A stretch of 62,600 nucleotides of DNA, counting the filler, from Hausera hauseri (Eukaryota): the NCBI GenBank assembly GCA_046269625.1. It is 11 parts of 11 records of this genome, joined end to end, with 100 filler letters (N's around TTAATTAATTAA, not from the genome) between each part and the next. Parts side by side here need not be neighbours in the genome. Positions count along the whole stretch, not along the records: positions 10,298 to 15,276 come from JBJURY010372703.1; positions 15,377 to 21,430 come from JBJURY010147312.1; positions 21,531 to 26,853 come from JBJURY010279729.1; 8 more parts are not named here. One strand, given 5' to 3'. The notes beneath the pieces are model-generated. The model was not told the origin of the DNA. It saw only the letters and a program-made list of their open reading frames with translations, and did not search any database. How positions within the stretch are numbered: position 1 is the stretch's first letter; every line of letters starts with the position of its first letter. Positions 12,116 to 25,906 of the stretch are shown here, piece after piece. The translations under genes were made by a program, and so were the position numbers.

Positions 12116-15039
12116 TATTATTAAAATGTTCGAATAATGGTGTTTCAGTACGGCAATTTTGTTAATTCGACTGGAATTTTAAGAAAACTTGTTGTATGGC
12201 CTATTATTTGCCAAACACTTTCTGCTGTTTTGACCATACGTAGAATTTAGTTCATTGCTGACTATTGGCTTTGGATTTTGATATGATTTACAGGAATTTT
12301 AACTCATTGTTGTAAATCATGCAATTATAAAACAATGATTCTGAGAATACCTGCTGACGGCAAAATCTTCCGAGGGAGGACAACCGGCCCCAGCTAACAG
12401 CATAAACGGGGCAAATCGCTGTGCCCAACCAAATTGGGCCAGGGGACACAATGCACGGTAGGCACCACAAATAGCAGATACATTTTCGACTCCAGTAGAT
12501 ATTTGGGAATTAGTAAAAGTTGGACCTTTTAACCAAATGAACGTCTATCAACAGTTGTAGTTAATTGAACGGAAAATACCATCTAAAGCTATAAATGATA
12601 CGCTAGAAAGGCGATTATTGGAGTTGGTCCAGGAAAGCATGGGAATTTATTCTACTAAAAGTGGGTTTCGTGATTTCAATACTAATTTCAATGGGAAGAG
12701 TAAAGATCGTTCATTATATAATCTTTTCATGTACGATAAAGTGCCGTCTAATTTAAGACCGAATTTAAGAAGTGCGCAATTTACGATTAATAGTCGATAT
12801 GCAGAGACAAATGTTATAGGAATGGGCAACTAACGAGTGGTTTTAAATAGAGATGTTTTTCTGCAGACGTAAGTAGATATAATCGACGAGGAAATGTATA
12901 TAGATCGCATGTTATCACTGAAATATACATAACACTGGAACTCATGGACAATATATTTCGAAAATTTAATTTAAATAGAACTGTACAACGTTTTTCCTTC
13001 AATAAAAGTCATAAATCTGAGAAATTATAATCCGATTAAAATCGATGTCAATTGTAATTGCGGTTAACACACACGCACAGGATTTAAATTAAAATTCTAA
13101 AATCCGAAGGCCATTTATTTTTTTACGAACAAAAATCTGACTTTATTGTAATAACGACTATGCAATATTTAAACAAAAAATTTTTGCATAATTTTTCTTC
13201 ATTTAGGGTCGGCCAATGTGGGCACCACATACAGTGTTTTAAAAATTTGGTAATTCTGCACTGATTCAAAGATTTGGCCAATTTAGAAGTGTCGAATTCT
13301 TAATTATGCTACCTAACATTTAAAACAGTAAGCAAAATGTATTCTGAAGTCTAGAGTTCGTTGGTGGTTCAGTGGCTGAAATCACTTGCACCTATTTTTC
13401 CTCCATGCTCACGTTACAATCAAAATTTCCTTGTTCCGTTAATTAGATTTCTGTCCTTGTATGATAATTAAGTTCTCACAATGATCGTCATGAACAAAAG
13501 TACTCTCGAATTTAATTTTTTTCTTTCTTGAATATTGCTAGAATTATCAGCAAGGTTCATACCTCCAGATTTTAAAAATTAGTTTTAAAATCAATTCTAA
13601 TATCAATTTTATTTTTGTTCGTAATCTTAATTTTTAATTTTGTATAATTTATCCTTTTCACTATTAAAATTATCCTTGCACGTATATTCCCCTATCTATA
13701 TATTTTTAAGAGATTGTTTTCGACGTTTAATATTAAACTAGGAAATTTTTATTATACACTAGCTATTTCAGATTTCAATTATCGTTGAAATTAATGACAA
13801 TTTTGAAGAAATAAAGAATATCAAAATTAAACTCTAACTTCATTCGTTTAATAAAACCTTTCCTACAAATTATTGAAATTGTTTCGTAATATTGTTTGAT
13901 AACCGAAAAAATTCATATGCAAGGAATATTCAAACCCTGTTAATATTGTTATATCATATTGCCGGGTAATGTCAATGTCAATATGATTCTGTATGGAGCA
14001 TCACAAACAATTATCGGATCTATTCACAGAAATCGAACAGAAATCTCAAATACATGCACACCTGTTGTTTTCCATTACGCAGTAATTGCGTCTTGACTAA
14101 TTATTGTAATTAATTATGAAAGTAGTATCAATAGTGTATATTTGTTTTTTACACCATCTTTGTTTTAACTCTCGGTCGTTTGTATATTCTACTCATGAGA
14201 ACGGTCTGCTGTTGTAATTGTTTTGTTGTTCAGCAGAGTATATAATCTGCGAATAGTGGCAAAATATAAAATATATCCTACGAGTTGCTGTTCTTCTTTC
14301 AAGACATTATATTGCGAGTTGCTGTCTTGCACGTTCTTGGATAACGCAGGATCTGGTCATAACGAAAATAATTTCAAGTGGGTATATGTTTGTTTTTGTG
14401 TTCCTTTTTGAACTTTAATTGTCAAACATTTTGTTTTTTTTAAAGAAAGGAAAAAAGTAAAAGGAGAAAACAGATTAAGGAACTAAAATAATCTGTCTGA
14501 TAAAATTATTGTATGTTATCAAGAGACTGTGGACTATTGATAAAATTGCCATAGTTTCTTGATTGTGAGTGATAAATTCATAATAGTGTGTGATAAAATA
14601 TTATATCAATCGATTTTCTGTAAGTGGGCCTATAATACAAAATTGTCTATTGTCCTTTTTTGTCGGGTTCGTGTAGTTCAATAAGGGAAGATTTTAAAAT
14701 TGCTTGATTTGTTGCAAGCCTTCACGAGAGAATGCGATCCTTGTTAATTTTTGAGGTGTCATTGAACTGAGTTAAATGACATATCTGGCCATCGGAGTGC
14801 TCCACTTTACAAGATCCATTAAAACGTAACTGGGGAGTTCTCGTTTAGCCGATTTAGTCGCTGATCAGTAGTTTAATTCAGTAAGATTTGTGAATTACGT
14901 AATTGAACTAGTGATTAAAGAATTATCTTTTCTGAGAATAATAAAATAGTTAAATAAAATCTAGACTAAAATTAAAATAATTATAACAAATTACTCATAT
15001 AATTGAGGGGCAACCTATAAACGTAAGACAAACAAAATT

Positions 15040-15057
15040 TGGCGACCACGCCAGGAC
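15040..15057 (+). promoter_or_regulatory. LTR-retrotransposon primer-binding site (tRNA-Arg-like); probable LTR upstream, gag start at 15213
   Basis: TGGCGACCACGCCAGGAC a few nt after ...AACA; downstream ATG opens MSTFANVNLGRYSGETAEFDD (gag-like) up to the gap. Confidence 0.65.
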
Positions 15058-15276
15058 ACAATTTTCGAATTTAAAATTTTTTTGGTCTGGCTAGTAAGTT
15101 CAAAAGGTCATTAGACGAAAAGGTAGTTGTAAGTGAAAATACTATAAAAAAAGTCATTGAGCATAGTGCTATTGCACCTACAGAAGAGTTTAAATATTCG
15201 CAAGTACAGAGAATGTCCACATTTGCAAACGTAAATTTAGGACGTTACTCCGGGGAAACCGCGGAATTTGATGATT

Positions 15277-15376
15277 NNNNNNNNNNNNNNNNNNNNNNNN
15301 NNNNNNNNNNNNNNNNNNNNTTAATTAATTAANNNNNNNNNNNNNNNNNNNNNNNNNNNNNNNNNNNNNNNNNNNN
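15277..15376. other. Artificial contig linker
   Basis: 44 N + TTAATTAATTAA + 44 N. Confidence 0.97.
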
Positions 15377-17322
15377 TCTGAAGGCGTGTCTATCCAGTGT
15401 ATGACCTTGGCCTATACATCTTCAGATTCCAGAAAATTCACTTCTTATTATTTTCTCTTAAGGTATACTCTATTCGAAGGTGTGTCCATATTATCCATGT
15501 TTTTAGTCTAAATATTTCTATTTTGGGATCCTCTTCTTATTATTCTTTTTAATGTACAAATTTTATTTTCTTGAGGTAAGTATATTTTCTCTTAAAATTA
15601 GAACAAGCCATCCTTTCAAAAGGTCATTATAGTCAACCTTGGCGAGATCTCTTCATAACATCTAGTTCATAAGTCATAAACATTCTCATTTATTCGGGAC
15701 GTCAATCGGCAACTTTGACTCATACAGATTCTTATTATATTAATCTATTTGTGTCTATAATTAGTGATTATTTGTTTAGACATCCTGTTGATTTTTTACC
15801 TAACAAACAAGACTATCCAATATCTTCTAAACAACAACTTTATTTTACTTCTAAATAAAGAATAAAATGGAGACACAATAATATACCTAAAAAAATCATT
15901 AAGGAAAAATGTAACATACAAGTTAAAATATTAATCATAATTATCACAACCACGATTAACAAATTTGATTGATGTATTTTATTAATGCGTTATTAGTTAA
16001 TAAATCTAAATTTGTAAAGGACCGAACTTTTCTTCAGACTGTAAATTCCGGACATTAAACCCAAATAAATCTATTATTCCTTAACCAATATATATATGTT
16101 ATATCGTCTTTATTTAGCTGATAAATAATTACATGGTTGTTTTTCCTTTGGGAAATCTACCTCATTTATGTTCTCTTTGTTTTGGTTATATCTATATATT
16201 AATAGCCACCTGGTAGACTCACGATGTTTATCCTCTATTATATTTCTTTACATCCGTTAACACAACGCAAATTCCAATTATGACAACCATAAGAATATTA
16301 TTCTATTATTACTACATACGATATCTGTATAACGGTCTTCATTCTTCAACTTAGTCCTCTTTCTTGTTTCACAATAAGTATTAACATACTTTACAGCAAT
16401 CTATTAGTCTTGGCTAACTTGACTCGAAGATATGCTTCCAAACTATGAAACTATTATTATTAGTCATAGGAGATACTATAGCAGTAAAAATGAGTTATTC
16501 CAAATATATATTATCAAATAAAATTATACTCTACTTCTTTGCATGTTGATAGTTCTTTAATCAGGATAATCAAATACCCAAACTCTTCCTTTATCGTTAT
16601 CACAAAATTTATCATTAGTCAGTTATACCAACATTTTTATCGTTTATCTAATATAACAATCCAAAATCACCTCGCGATATTACTTATACACAACTCCCCG
16701 TTTTCTTCACAGTGCGTCCGAACGTTGAATTGGATGATATCACTTTTTACTTTCGTCATATTTTGAAAATCGTCTAGTTGTTATACGATTCCGTAATTGT
16801 TCTCATTCTTTCATCATTCGCCTTTAACCATGGACAGGTGATAACCATATACGATTTACCAACATCTTTCAAAAATCATAATAATAACGCTACTATTAAC
16901 CGAGGATAAATCACTGATAGAATTCCAGACGTACATACTCAAATAATCAAATAATAATTTATACACAAGGGACAATTGAAACACAGAAGTGATTCTCCAG
17001 TATCAAATATATTTCAATCTAAATTCATAACCTTGTATTAACCATTGACTCATTAAGTCTCCATCATAGGTAGTGTTTAAATTAAATAATTATACCCAAC
17101 AACACGTCCATATTCGTAGTGTGTTGCCAGATATAATCGTAATTATTTGACAAAATTTATTAAATAAAATGGACATGCTAAACAACGAAAATAACGGCTA
17201 AAACACTGATAATTTACTCAGATAGATCGAATATACATAGACATAAATTTACCATTTATTTCTTCTTGTTGCTGATGATTATTGATCGAATTTGCCATTT
17301 TTTAAAGAGAATAATTTACTTC

Positions 17323-17436
17323 TAATTTTTGGTATTTATCCACAATCTTTCAGATTCGAGTAATAATATCAATTAGTGTAATTGTTGGTATTGATTCACA
17401 ATCCTTCAGATTCGAGTAATAATATCAATTAGAGTA
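17323..17436. repeat. Two tandem copies of a 56-bp unit
   Basis: TTCAGATTCGAGTAATAATATCAATTAG repeated at a period of 56. Confidence 0.9.
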
Positions 17437-18289
17437 GCTAGGAACTTCTACATCAAATGTTAAAGATGTAGGAATAAAAATCTTTACTCGATAACTATCA
17501 GATCCGATATTCACTATAACTTTTACTAATAGAATGTGATAAGAAAATTTTTTTATGAATGTAGTGTAATGTAATAATTGTGTTGTTGTTTCGAATTCTC
17601 AGTTAGTTTATATACTGATTTTCACTTGTAAATCATTTCTGAAATCAATTTCATTATTCTGTCTAATGGATTTCTTATAATTCAGTATATCCATTAAACG
17701 TACATTGACTGCAATTCATTAATTGATTTTGTAAAATCGTCCATATATCATTAATTGATTTTGTGAAATCCAGCCATATGTTAGTCCATTACATATATTG
17801 AAGCCATATGTCAATAATGGACTTTGTAACCAAATTACTTAGTGAATGTGTAATAATGTTAATCTTCAATTGATTTCAACGAATTGTCTATATTTTGAAA
17901 AAATCATTAATGGCTTCACAATTAATTTCTCTAATAATTCATTAATTTCTCTAATAATTACCATAATTTTGTTAAATTCTTTGTTTTTTACAGATTTTAA
18001 TTATTTAAAATAGCAGTGAAATAGCCGTTCTTTGTCATTTCGATATCTGGTTAAAAATCATTGTACAAAAACAGTTATTCTTAAAGACACCCATCAAAAG
18101 GGGTTTAACAAAAGAAATAAAGGAACAAAAGAAAACAAAATAATTTATTTACTGTTATTTCGAATTAAAGTTAATGTCACAATTGTTTCAAATCAAAGTT
18201 AATGTCAAAAAGTTATCAAATCGAATCGAAGACCATGTCGGCAATTTTGTATGTTAGTTTATCCTTAGTCGTTAGTCGATCCTAACAAT

Positions 18290-20400
18290 ATGTTCGTATA
18301 CCTGGATGATGTCATAATAGCATCACAAAATTTCGAACAACACCTAAAGGACTTACAAGAACTGTTTGACAGATGCACAGTTATGGGATTGAAAATAAAT
18401 ATAAAGAAATGTCATTTTGCACTAAAACAAGTAAACTTCCTCGGATTCAAAGTAAATGACCAAGGAATAACACCACAAACAGTCATTTTGGATAAAATCA
18501 AAGACTTCCCTATACCAAAATCTCTTAAAGGATTAAGACAATTCCTAGGCATTTGTAACTATTACCGAAAATTTATTAGAAACTTTTCCATGATTGCACT
18601 TCCATTATATAAGCTATTAGAAAAAGATATAAAAATGATTTGGACTGATGAATGTCAAAAATCGTTTGAAGAACTTAAAACAAAACTCCTAAACACTCCA
18701 ATTCTTAGTTATCCAGACATGAGTAAACCCTTTTTCTTAGCTACAGATGCATCAAATACAGGCATAGGAGCAGTGCTATCTCAAACAGGACAAGATGGCA
18801 AAGAACATCCAATTAGTTATGCCAGTCGTAAATTACGGAAAAACGAAAGAAACTATGCAACGATTGAAAAAGAATTGCTAGCAATTGTATATGCTATGAG
18901 CATTTATCACCCTTATTTAAGCGAGACGAAAACTATCAAAATTTACACTGACCATCGACCTCTACAGTGGTTGAAAAATCACAAAAATCCTAATTCACGC
19001 CTTTTGAAGTGGGCTTTATTATTACAACCATATAGCTTAGATTTCCAATATAAACCTGGAACAAGAAATGCAAATGCCGACTACCTGTCACGATTATATG
19101 AAGATGAAGAAGAAACAGGAATAGTCGCAGCAATATGGAGCCAAGAAACTCAGACCAATAGAATACAAGAAACACAAAAATATGATCCAGAGATTCAAGC
19201 CATCATAGAATATGATTTAACACAAATATTGCCTACTGATCCAATGTTAGCAAAACACATTGTAAAATTTTCTGACGCATGAAATAATAAATGGAATTCT
19301 ATGGTATCATTATAGAGATCGAATATTATTAATTTTACCAAAAGTAAACAGAGCGACAGTCCTACGACAATACCATGATGGCGTATTAGGGGGACATGCT
19401 TCAGCCAAGAAAACATGTGGGAAAATAATGAGAAAGTACTTTTGGTCGACTATTAAGAGAGACGTAGAAAATTGGTGCCAAAGCTGTACAATGTGTGCTA
19501 CGAGGAAAAATACAGGGTCAAAAACGAAAGTTTTAATGAAACTAATACGCAGTGATCCTCCAGCGCCAATGGAATTCACTGCAATGGACTTATTAGGAAA
19601 ATTTCCTATTTCAGCAAAAGGAAATAAATATATCCTAGTTTTTGTAGACTATTTTACGAGGTGGCCCATTGCGATACCAATTCCCAACAAAAAGGCTACC
19701 ACTATAGCCAAAGTATTCGTAGAAGAAATCGTATTTGTATATGGAGTGCCTTCGAAACTTTTAACCGATTTAGAACCGAATTTTACTGGTGAAGTCGTAC
19801 AATCTATATGTGAAATTTTCGACATTAAAAATACAAACTACTCCATATAGGCCTCAAACCGATGGAGTTGTCGAAAGATTTAATGGTAATTTAGCAAACA
19901 TGCAATCAACCGTCGTTAATACTAGACAAGATGATTGGGATGAATTCATAAAGCCATGCTTATTTGCTGCCCGAAAAACTATACACCCAGCAACAATGGA
20001 AACACCATTTTAAATTTGCCAGTTGATTTGGAATTTGATACTAAACCAACATCCCAATTATTACACACAGACTTATTTAAACAACAAATAATAGAAAGAT
20101 TAACGGAAGTATGGAAATCAACAGCCAAACAGACACGAAATTACCAAGATGAGTATAAAGAAAGATATGATAAAAAGTTAACCACATAACTTTAAAAATG
20201 GTGATATGGTAATGCTATACACACCATTCGCTAAGAAAGGTAAGTCGCCCAAGTTGGATCGATCTAATAAAGGACCATTCCTAATAGAAAATCTGATGAG
20301 GCAAATCTTTATCTACGAAGGAGAAAAGGAAAATCATAAGAAATATTTAAAGTACATGCCAATCTATGTAAGACTGCTGCAACAACGTCTCATCTAAGAA
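18290..20400 (+). mobile_element. Ty3/Gypsy pol (5'-truncated RT, RNase H, integrase), decayed
   Basis: YLDD; TDAS..GIGAVL, ELLAIV, TDHRPL, NANADYLSR; HHCC finger; DLLG..VDYFTRW, TD..NFT, QTDGVVERFN; KGPF. Confidence 0.95.
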
Positions 20401-20454
20401 ATAATAATGAATATGACATCGGTAAAACAAATTTCGTATATCATTCTTTTTTTA

Positions 20455-21430
20455 AATGGTTAAAATACTTCGTTACCTTATTTATAATGGTATGCTTAAC
20501 CCAAGTAATGAAAGCAAAAACTATATCTAAAATGGATGGACAGGACACACAAGATATATATAATACTAAAAATAAACTCCATAGAGTTTTTTGAAAACAT
20601 TCACAAACAACATATGGACAGAAGATACCTCTATCACTATATACAAATATTGGATTTTGATCAAACCAATAGCTGCTGGAAATTCAAAATAAAAAAGTGG
20701 ACAAAGGGAGAGAAATAGTAATAAAACGGATAAATTCAAAAGGACAAGATGATGACCCCTATCAATATTGTGAATTTAGTCACTATATACACCACAGATT
20801 AGATGTTGTAAAGTGAAAAATGGTGAAAATAAAATTTTAGTCTATATCGCAAAAAAGGAAACGAATGGAAATATAACTTCAAATGGAGAATATAAAATAT
20901 AAGTTCCACCTAGAAATTTAACTACTACGGCAACCACGATAATCATAACGGCTAGTACTGCCCGTACCACAATTAAAACAACCATATTTAAGACTACGAC
21001 AGAGAAAATCCCAGAATTATAGAATAATTTGAACATAAAATCTTTTGATACTTCTATTGTATTCGGTCTGAAAAAAATCGATACTTTTATAAAGTAACAT
21101 TCGACTGCTTTCAAGCAGAAAATCGAATTGACAAAGGATATCTAACATTCGAATATCCAATTGCCCCATGTGTGTCATTGAATCCAAACGAAGATTACCT
21201 AGTAATATTAAAAGAAATAAATGAAAGCGAGCGAATAATCTACCGGCGAGTGATGCGAGTGCGAACTGCGAAATCAAAATTGCATAGTAAAATTAAAACA
21301 TCATTAAAAAGAACAATAAACAAATCCCCATCATAACCCCTAAACCTTCGAGGTTAACCATTTTGGTTTCGTCACTAGTGGCAATGGCTGTAGGTGTTCT
21401 GGTAGCAATAATTATATTATGTTGCTGTAA
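20455..21430 (+). pseudogene. Extra retroelement ORF: signal peptide - Thr-rich stalk - FN3-like domain - transmembrane helix, in frame with the integrase C-terminus
   Basis: ..KVHANLCK..WLKYFVTLFIMVCLTQVMKA in one frame; TTTATTIITASTARTTIKTT; SLNPNEDYLVILKEIN (FN3 LxPxxxY); LTILVSSLVAMAVGVLVAIILLCC. Confidence 0.6.
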
Positions 21431-21530
21431 NNNNNNNNNNNNNNNNNNNNNNNNNNNNNNNNNNNNNNNNNNNNTTAATTAATTAANNNNNNNNNNNNNN
21501 NNNNNNNNNNNNNNNNNNNNNNNNNNNNNN
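21431..21530. other. Artificial contig linker
   Basis: 44 N + TTAATTAATTAA + 44 N. Confidence 0.97.
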
Positions 21531-23690
21531 CGAAACCAATGATAGATAACCAACTCAAAGAATGGATTGAACTGTTAGACAGATTAGTGAGTCTAACGAA
21601 ATATCGTTTATGGAAGTATTCAAAATGTGAGCCAATATTAAAACAACAGTTAAAAAAAATACTCCGTAACCTAGATGCTTATAAAATAGAAGCAAACCTT
21701 CGAGTTGAATTTAACGCGTTATTGAAACTAAGATTTATGAGCAAAGATCAGGAAATAAAACTCAGAGGAATTGTATACCACGATCGAAGAAATGGAATTA
21801 TTGGCGAAACAGGAAAAGATCTCCTTATCGATGAGGCTAAAAGGTGTCCGCCTAGAAGGAGTAGGACACTTGACAACAAGGCCCATAGATAAAATATCCA
21901 TATGTGATCTATCGACGTTGGATATTTGCCCAAATCATCGCCTCACACCCGACGAAGCTAGATTCGTAAAGAGACTAATCGAAGAAATAGATCCAGATTC
22001 AAAAACTCTGAAAGAAATGCGCGAAATAATATCACTACTATCGACAATGGCAGAAATAGATGACGATAAGACGCGACAATTGACAATTCAAGTTAAAGAT
22101 ATAAAAAAATTTCGACTTCGTACCAAGCAAAGAGCTATGAAACTAGACTAATTAGGCAAAGAATTGGAGGTTTATAAGGATAAATAATATCACGCAATCA
22201 GATTTAGCGAATAAAAGAGAATTTGTACAAAGATGGTTAACGGATGTAACGACCGAATTAACAAATTATGAAAGAAAAGGACTGTTTCCTGCAGACAAAC
22301 TAGGTCCGACATTAAAAACAATACAATTGGCATGTGGAAGCGGATCAGAATTTAGGACAAACTTAATGAGGTACAGTCAAGATTAAACGAGATCCGCGAA
22401 AATGTACAAAGTACGTCCACGATATTACTAGATTATGGATTACCAAACGTCACAGACGACTCAGGATGGGATGCTTATTTGGACGATGTGTACAACCAAA
22501 ACCCAAAAACACCCATCCAACTTCAACAAAAGGATATTTTTCCAACAGACCGGCGATTTGATAGAGATGCTCTTGGATCCCGCACGGGCCGAAAGAGAAT
22601 TAATTGAGCAGATTAACGTCAACATAACAGAGAGCAAATTGAGACAATTGATCCCTACATTAACCAAACTATCGAGCGAAAACACCGTTTATAGCTTGGT
22701 ACCCAGATTATTAATAAAGAAATACGCTGATTTCTTGAAAGCTAAACCAAGAAACGACGATTAAGGTAAAAAATATCAACTGAATGGATGGAAGAGAGAG
22801 AAATTGAATGTACAACGATAACATTGGTTAGAGAAGTAAAACAATGGATAGTACAAAGCAGTGGGAAAGATGAAGTAAATTATTGGTTATACTTCCGAGG
22901 TAGGATACTGGATATACCTGAGTTACTAGTAGATGTAGGAATTATTCCGAAGGAATCAAATCGAATAGTGGCTATAATTACAGACGAACAGATAAAAGAC
23001 GAGGCTGTAAGGAAAGTGAGAGACGAACATTGCGTAGGACGTATTATGGGAATCCGAGACCCTGTCATGTATTTTGAATACCTCCAAAGTGAGGAAGATA
23101 AGAAACAATACAATAACAATCTAGTACCGAGTAGCGAAGCAATACCAACTGCGCCAAAACAGAAACGACCAGTTGAAAGGCCGAGAAAAATAAGAGATGA
23201 TATTGACCAAAGTGCAGCCCTGATACGAGAACTAAGGCAACTATCCATGCCCGCGATTAACTCCGATAGTAAAGAATTGAACGAGTTGCTGAGAAACATC
23301 AAAATAGTGAACTATTCGGGACCAAGAAACAAGATGTTGGACGAAAAAGAAAAAGCAATATATAATGTTGCAAGAATAATGAGAACATTTCGGTTTAAAA
23401 TGAACAAAAGCAACTTACCTGACAAAGTTTTAATCGATAAAATTATGGTAGAGAATACTAAGGAAGAATTAAGGAAAGTAATATTGCACTTGACAATCAA
23501 GACAAATCCACTAAAACAGAATGAATTCAATAGAACCATTGAATTGATCAGAAAAGCTGCTAGAAAGATACCTGGAGATAAATTGGTCCAAGTTATTTGA
23601 CGACGAAGATAGAAACAGGCCTACCACTAGAATTGAAGGTGTGGTAAGAAATTTAATACCAACTAACTCAGAGCGAGATAGTGAATCAAG
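21531..23690 (+). pseudogene. Long frameshifted charged/helical ORF containing an internal ubiquitin-like domain (~22765-22980); N-terminal part of a retroelement polyprotein
   Basis: Overlapping + frames with no intergenic gap; VKQWIVQSSG-x7-LYFRGRIL-x5-LVDVGI..KES aligns without gaps to the ubiquitin core VKAKIQDKEG-x7-LIFAGKQL-x5-LSDYNI. Confidence 0.65.
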
Positions 23691-25906
23691 TTGGATGATT
23701 AAACTAGTAAAACTTATGATATTAATAAGACAACTCGGTGAAATCACAGTATATGACTGCGACAAGTTTAAGGTCGGACAAAGATATTCCTTGATGGATC
23801 TGGAGTATTGTGAGGATGCCAGACCCCCCAAATTAGTAACCATTGAGAAAGTATTTCTTGTATCAGCAACGCGAACTAATCGCAATAGACGGAATAGAGT
23901 GCATGTTACGACGATCACGAAGCATTTTCTACTGTGGAAATATGCACGGGCATTAGTCAATCGTAAAACCAGCAACAACACTAATACCTATGGATTTAGA
24001 CAGAAAACAATGCAAACAAACCAAGGAAACAGGAAGATTGAGATGGGATGGGATGGAGTTAAAAGCCCAACCAGGAAAGATAATTCGAGTGTATAAAATA
24101 GCAATTGGGAAACTAGACATGCACACCGGATACTGTAAAGGTGAGTACGATACAGGAAAAGAGAAGCAGAAATATTAGTAGTTGATTTCTGAGACAGATG
24201 AGGAACCAAAAGGTGATGCTCCATTGTGTTACAAAGACACAGAAAATCAGAAGTGCCATACCCAGGATGGTGCCTGAACTTTCCGGAATTCGATAGTTAT
24301 TTGGACTCCACCACCTATAAATGATTGTAACTTTATCAAAATAAAAGAAAAACTTTAACGAAACTACGGGAAAAAGATATGTAGACACAACCGACAATAA
24401 TGCCAGATCAAGGAAGAACGTCGCTGAACAGTCGACACCCACGACACTGATCTCCGAAGATCACGGATTAAAGTTCATTAAGAATCAAATGCTTTCTCGA
24501 TGCAATGTAGTAATGTACGCCACTAATTACGAAGCATTCTTCGTAGCATAAACTGAAATAACTACTTTTGCTCTTGAAACACAAAATGTAAGAATAGAAG
24601 ATTATTTGAAGAATAGAAATGATTACTTTTATTTCAAAGGACAGATGATCGCAAACGACTGTAAATTGGATGTGGAAGTCATGAGGACCAAACAAGCCTT
24701 AATATACTCAAATCCAGAACTAGCATCACCCGTAATTCCAATGAAAGAAGGCATTTTCGGAAGAGTTACCGGAGAAGTCATGTTGACCTACGAATGCGAA
24801 AAACGAGATGTATCCCTAAACGTGGAAGAAAAACGTTGTATTCAAGAATGGCCAGTCATATATCACAACGTACCTCGATTGGTTATGTCACTTACTAGAG
24901 TCTTGCTAGAAAACGCAACACAACCAACTGTTTTGAAAGAATGCAAAGCAGGTTTTGGCGAACCCATGTTTAAAAGAAGTGAGACAGATTAGATAATTCT
25001 GCCTAATGGAGGAATAATACCCACACTGGGTAAATTAACTGCAACAAATTTGTTAAAAGGCATAACGGATAAGTTCGCTGACACCGCAAGTAAAGGGATT
25101 TACAGATCAAAGGAGATTGAAGCTTTATACAATTTTTAGCCTTCCCTCGACAGCATACACATGAGCTAAATAGAGCCATGTCATCGGTGATGGACGACAC
25201 TCGCTATCAAGCAAAATGGGAATCCCTACTTGGCGTCAATCATTATCAAATAGTCACTACAGAAATACTATATAAAATCTGAGAAAGATTTCTAATTTTC
25301 GGACAAGCTGCATCAGGATTCTTAGCCATCTATTTCTTGGTACAACTCGTAAAGGCTATAATTCAATCTATCATAAATAGCTATGAAATATTTACTCTAA
25401 CCGGATTTTCATGCAAAATTCTGACCGCAATCATAACACCGTTTGGAAAACTTTTGAAGGCCTACGAAGAAAACATGGAAAAGCGACGTGGAGAGACACG
25501 TTGGTTATTATAATCGGCAACGAAAGAGAAAACCTATATTTTTATAGGACAAAGAAATACAAAATTTCGAAAAAACGATTCGGATGATGATGAGCCTAAG
25601 GGAAGAGACGCAGTCTCCAAGATAAGCAATCGTAAGACGATTAGGCCGCCCTTGCCAATGTTGCCTCCTTCGGCACCGTAACAATACGGCGTGTTACGGA
25701 ACATGTACCGAATTAAGGAAAAATCTAATTTATGCCGCCACTCGGTGGATGACCACAGAGTAATATACTTTCCAAGGATTTCACGGAATATAGAAACTAA
25801 ATCATTAATTTGGGATAATCCGCGAACGCAGACCTTCCATAACCAAAACAACCGAGAACCGCTAATCAATACGCCGGACCGAGACAACAAAAACAGTATG
25901 AAGTAG
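23690..25906 (+). pseudogene. Chuvirus-like (class III) envelope glycoprotein with cytoplasmic tail, decayed
   Basis: Hydrophobic leader then VYDC..YSLMDLEYC; C.LRRSRSIFYCG; QCKQTKETG; GYCKGEY; GEVMLTYEC..V..CIQEWPV..TRVL..C..PMF; GIY..FLAFP; TM FLIFGQAASGFLAIYFLVQLVK..GFSCKILTA. Confidence 0.8.

Noticed and set aside
12480-13070. Decayed plus-strand ORF (..ELVQESMGIYSTKSGFRDF..)
   Set aside because: No recognisable motif; cannot support a call.
16400-16770. Possible Maverick minor capsid fragment (IGDT motif)
   Set aside because: Too short and too degenerate to distinguish from chance.
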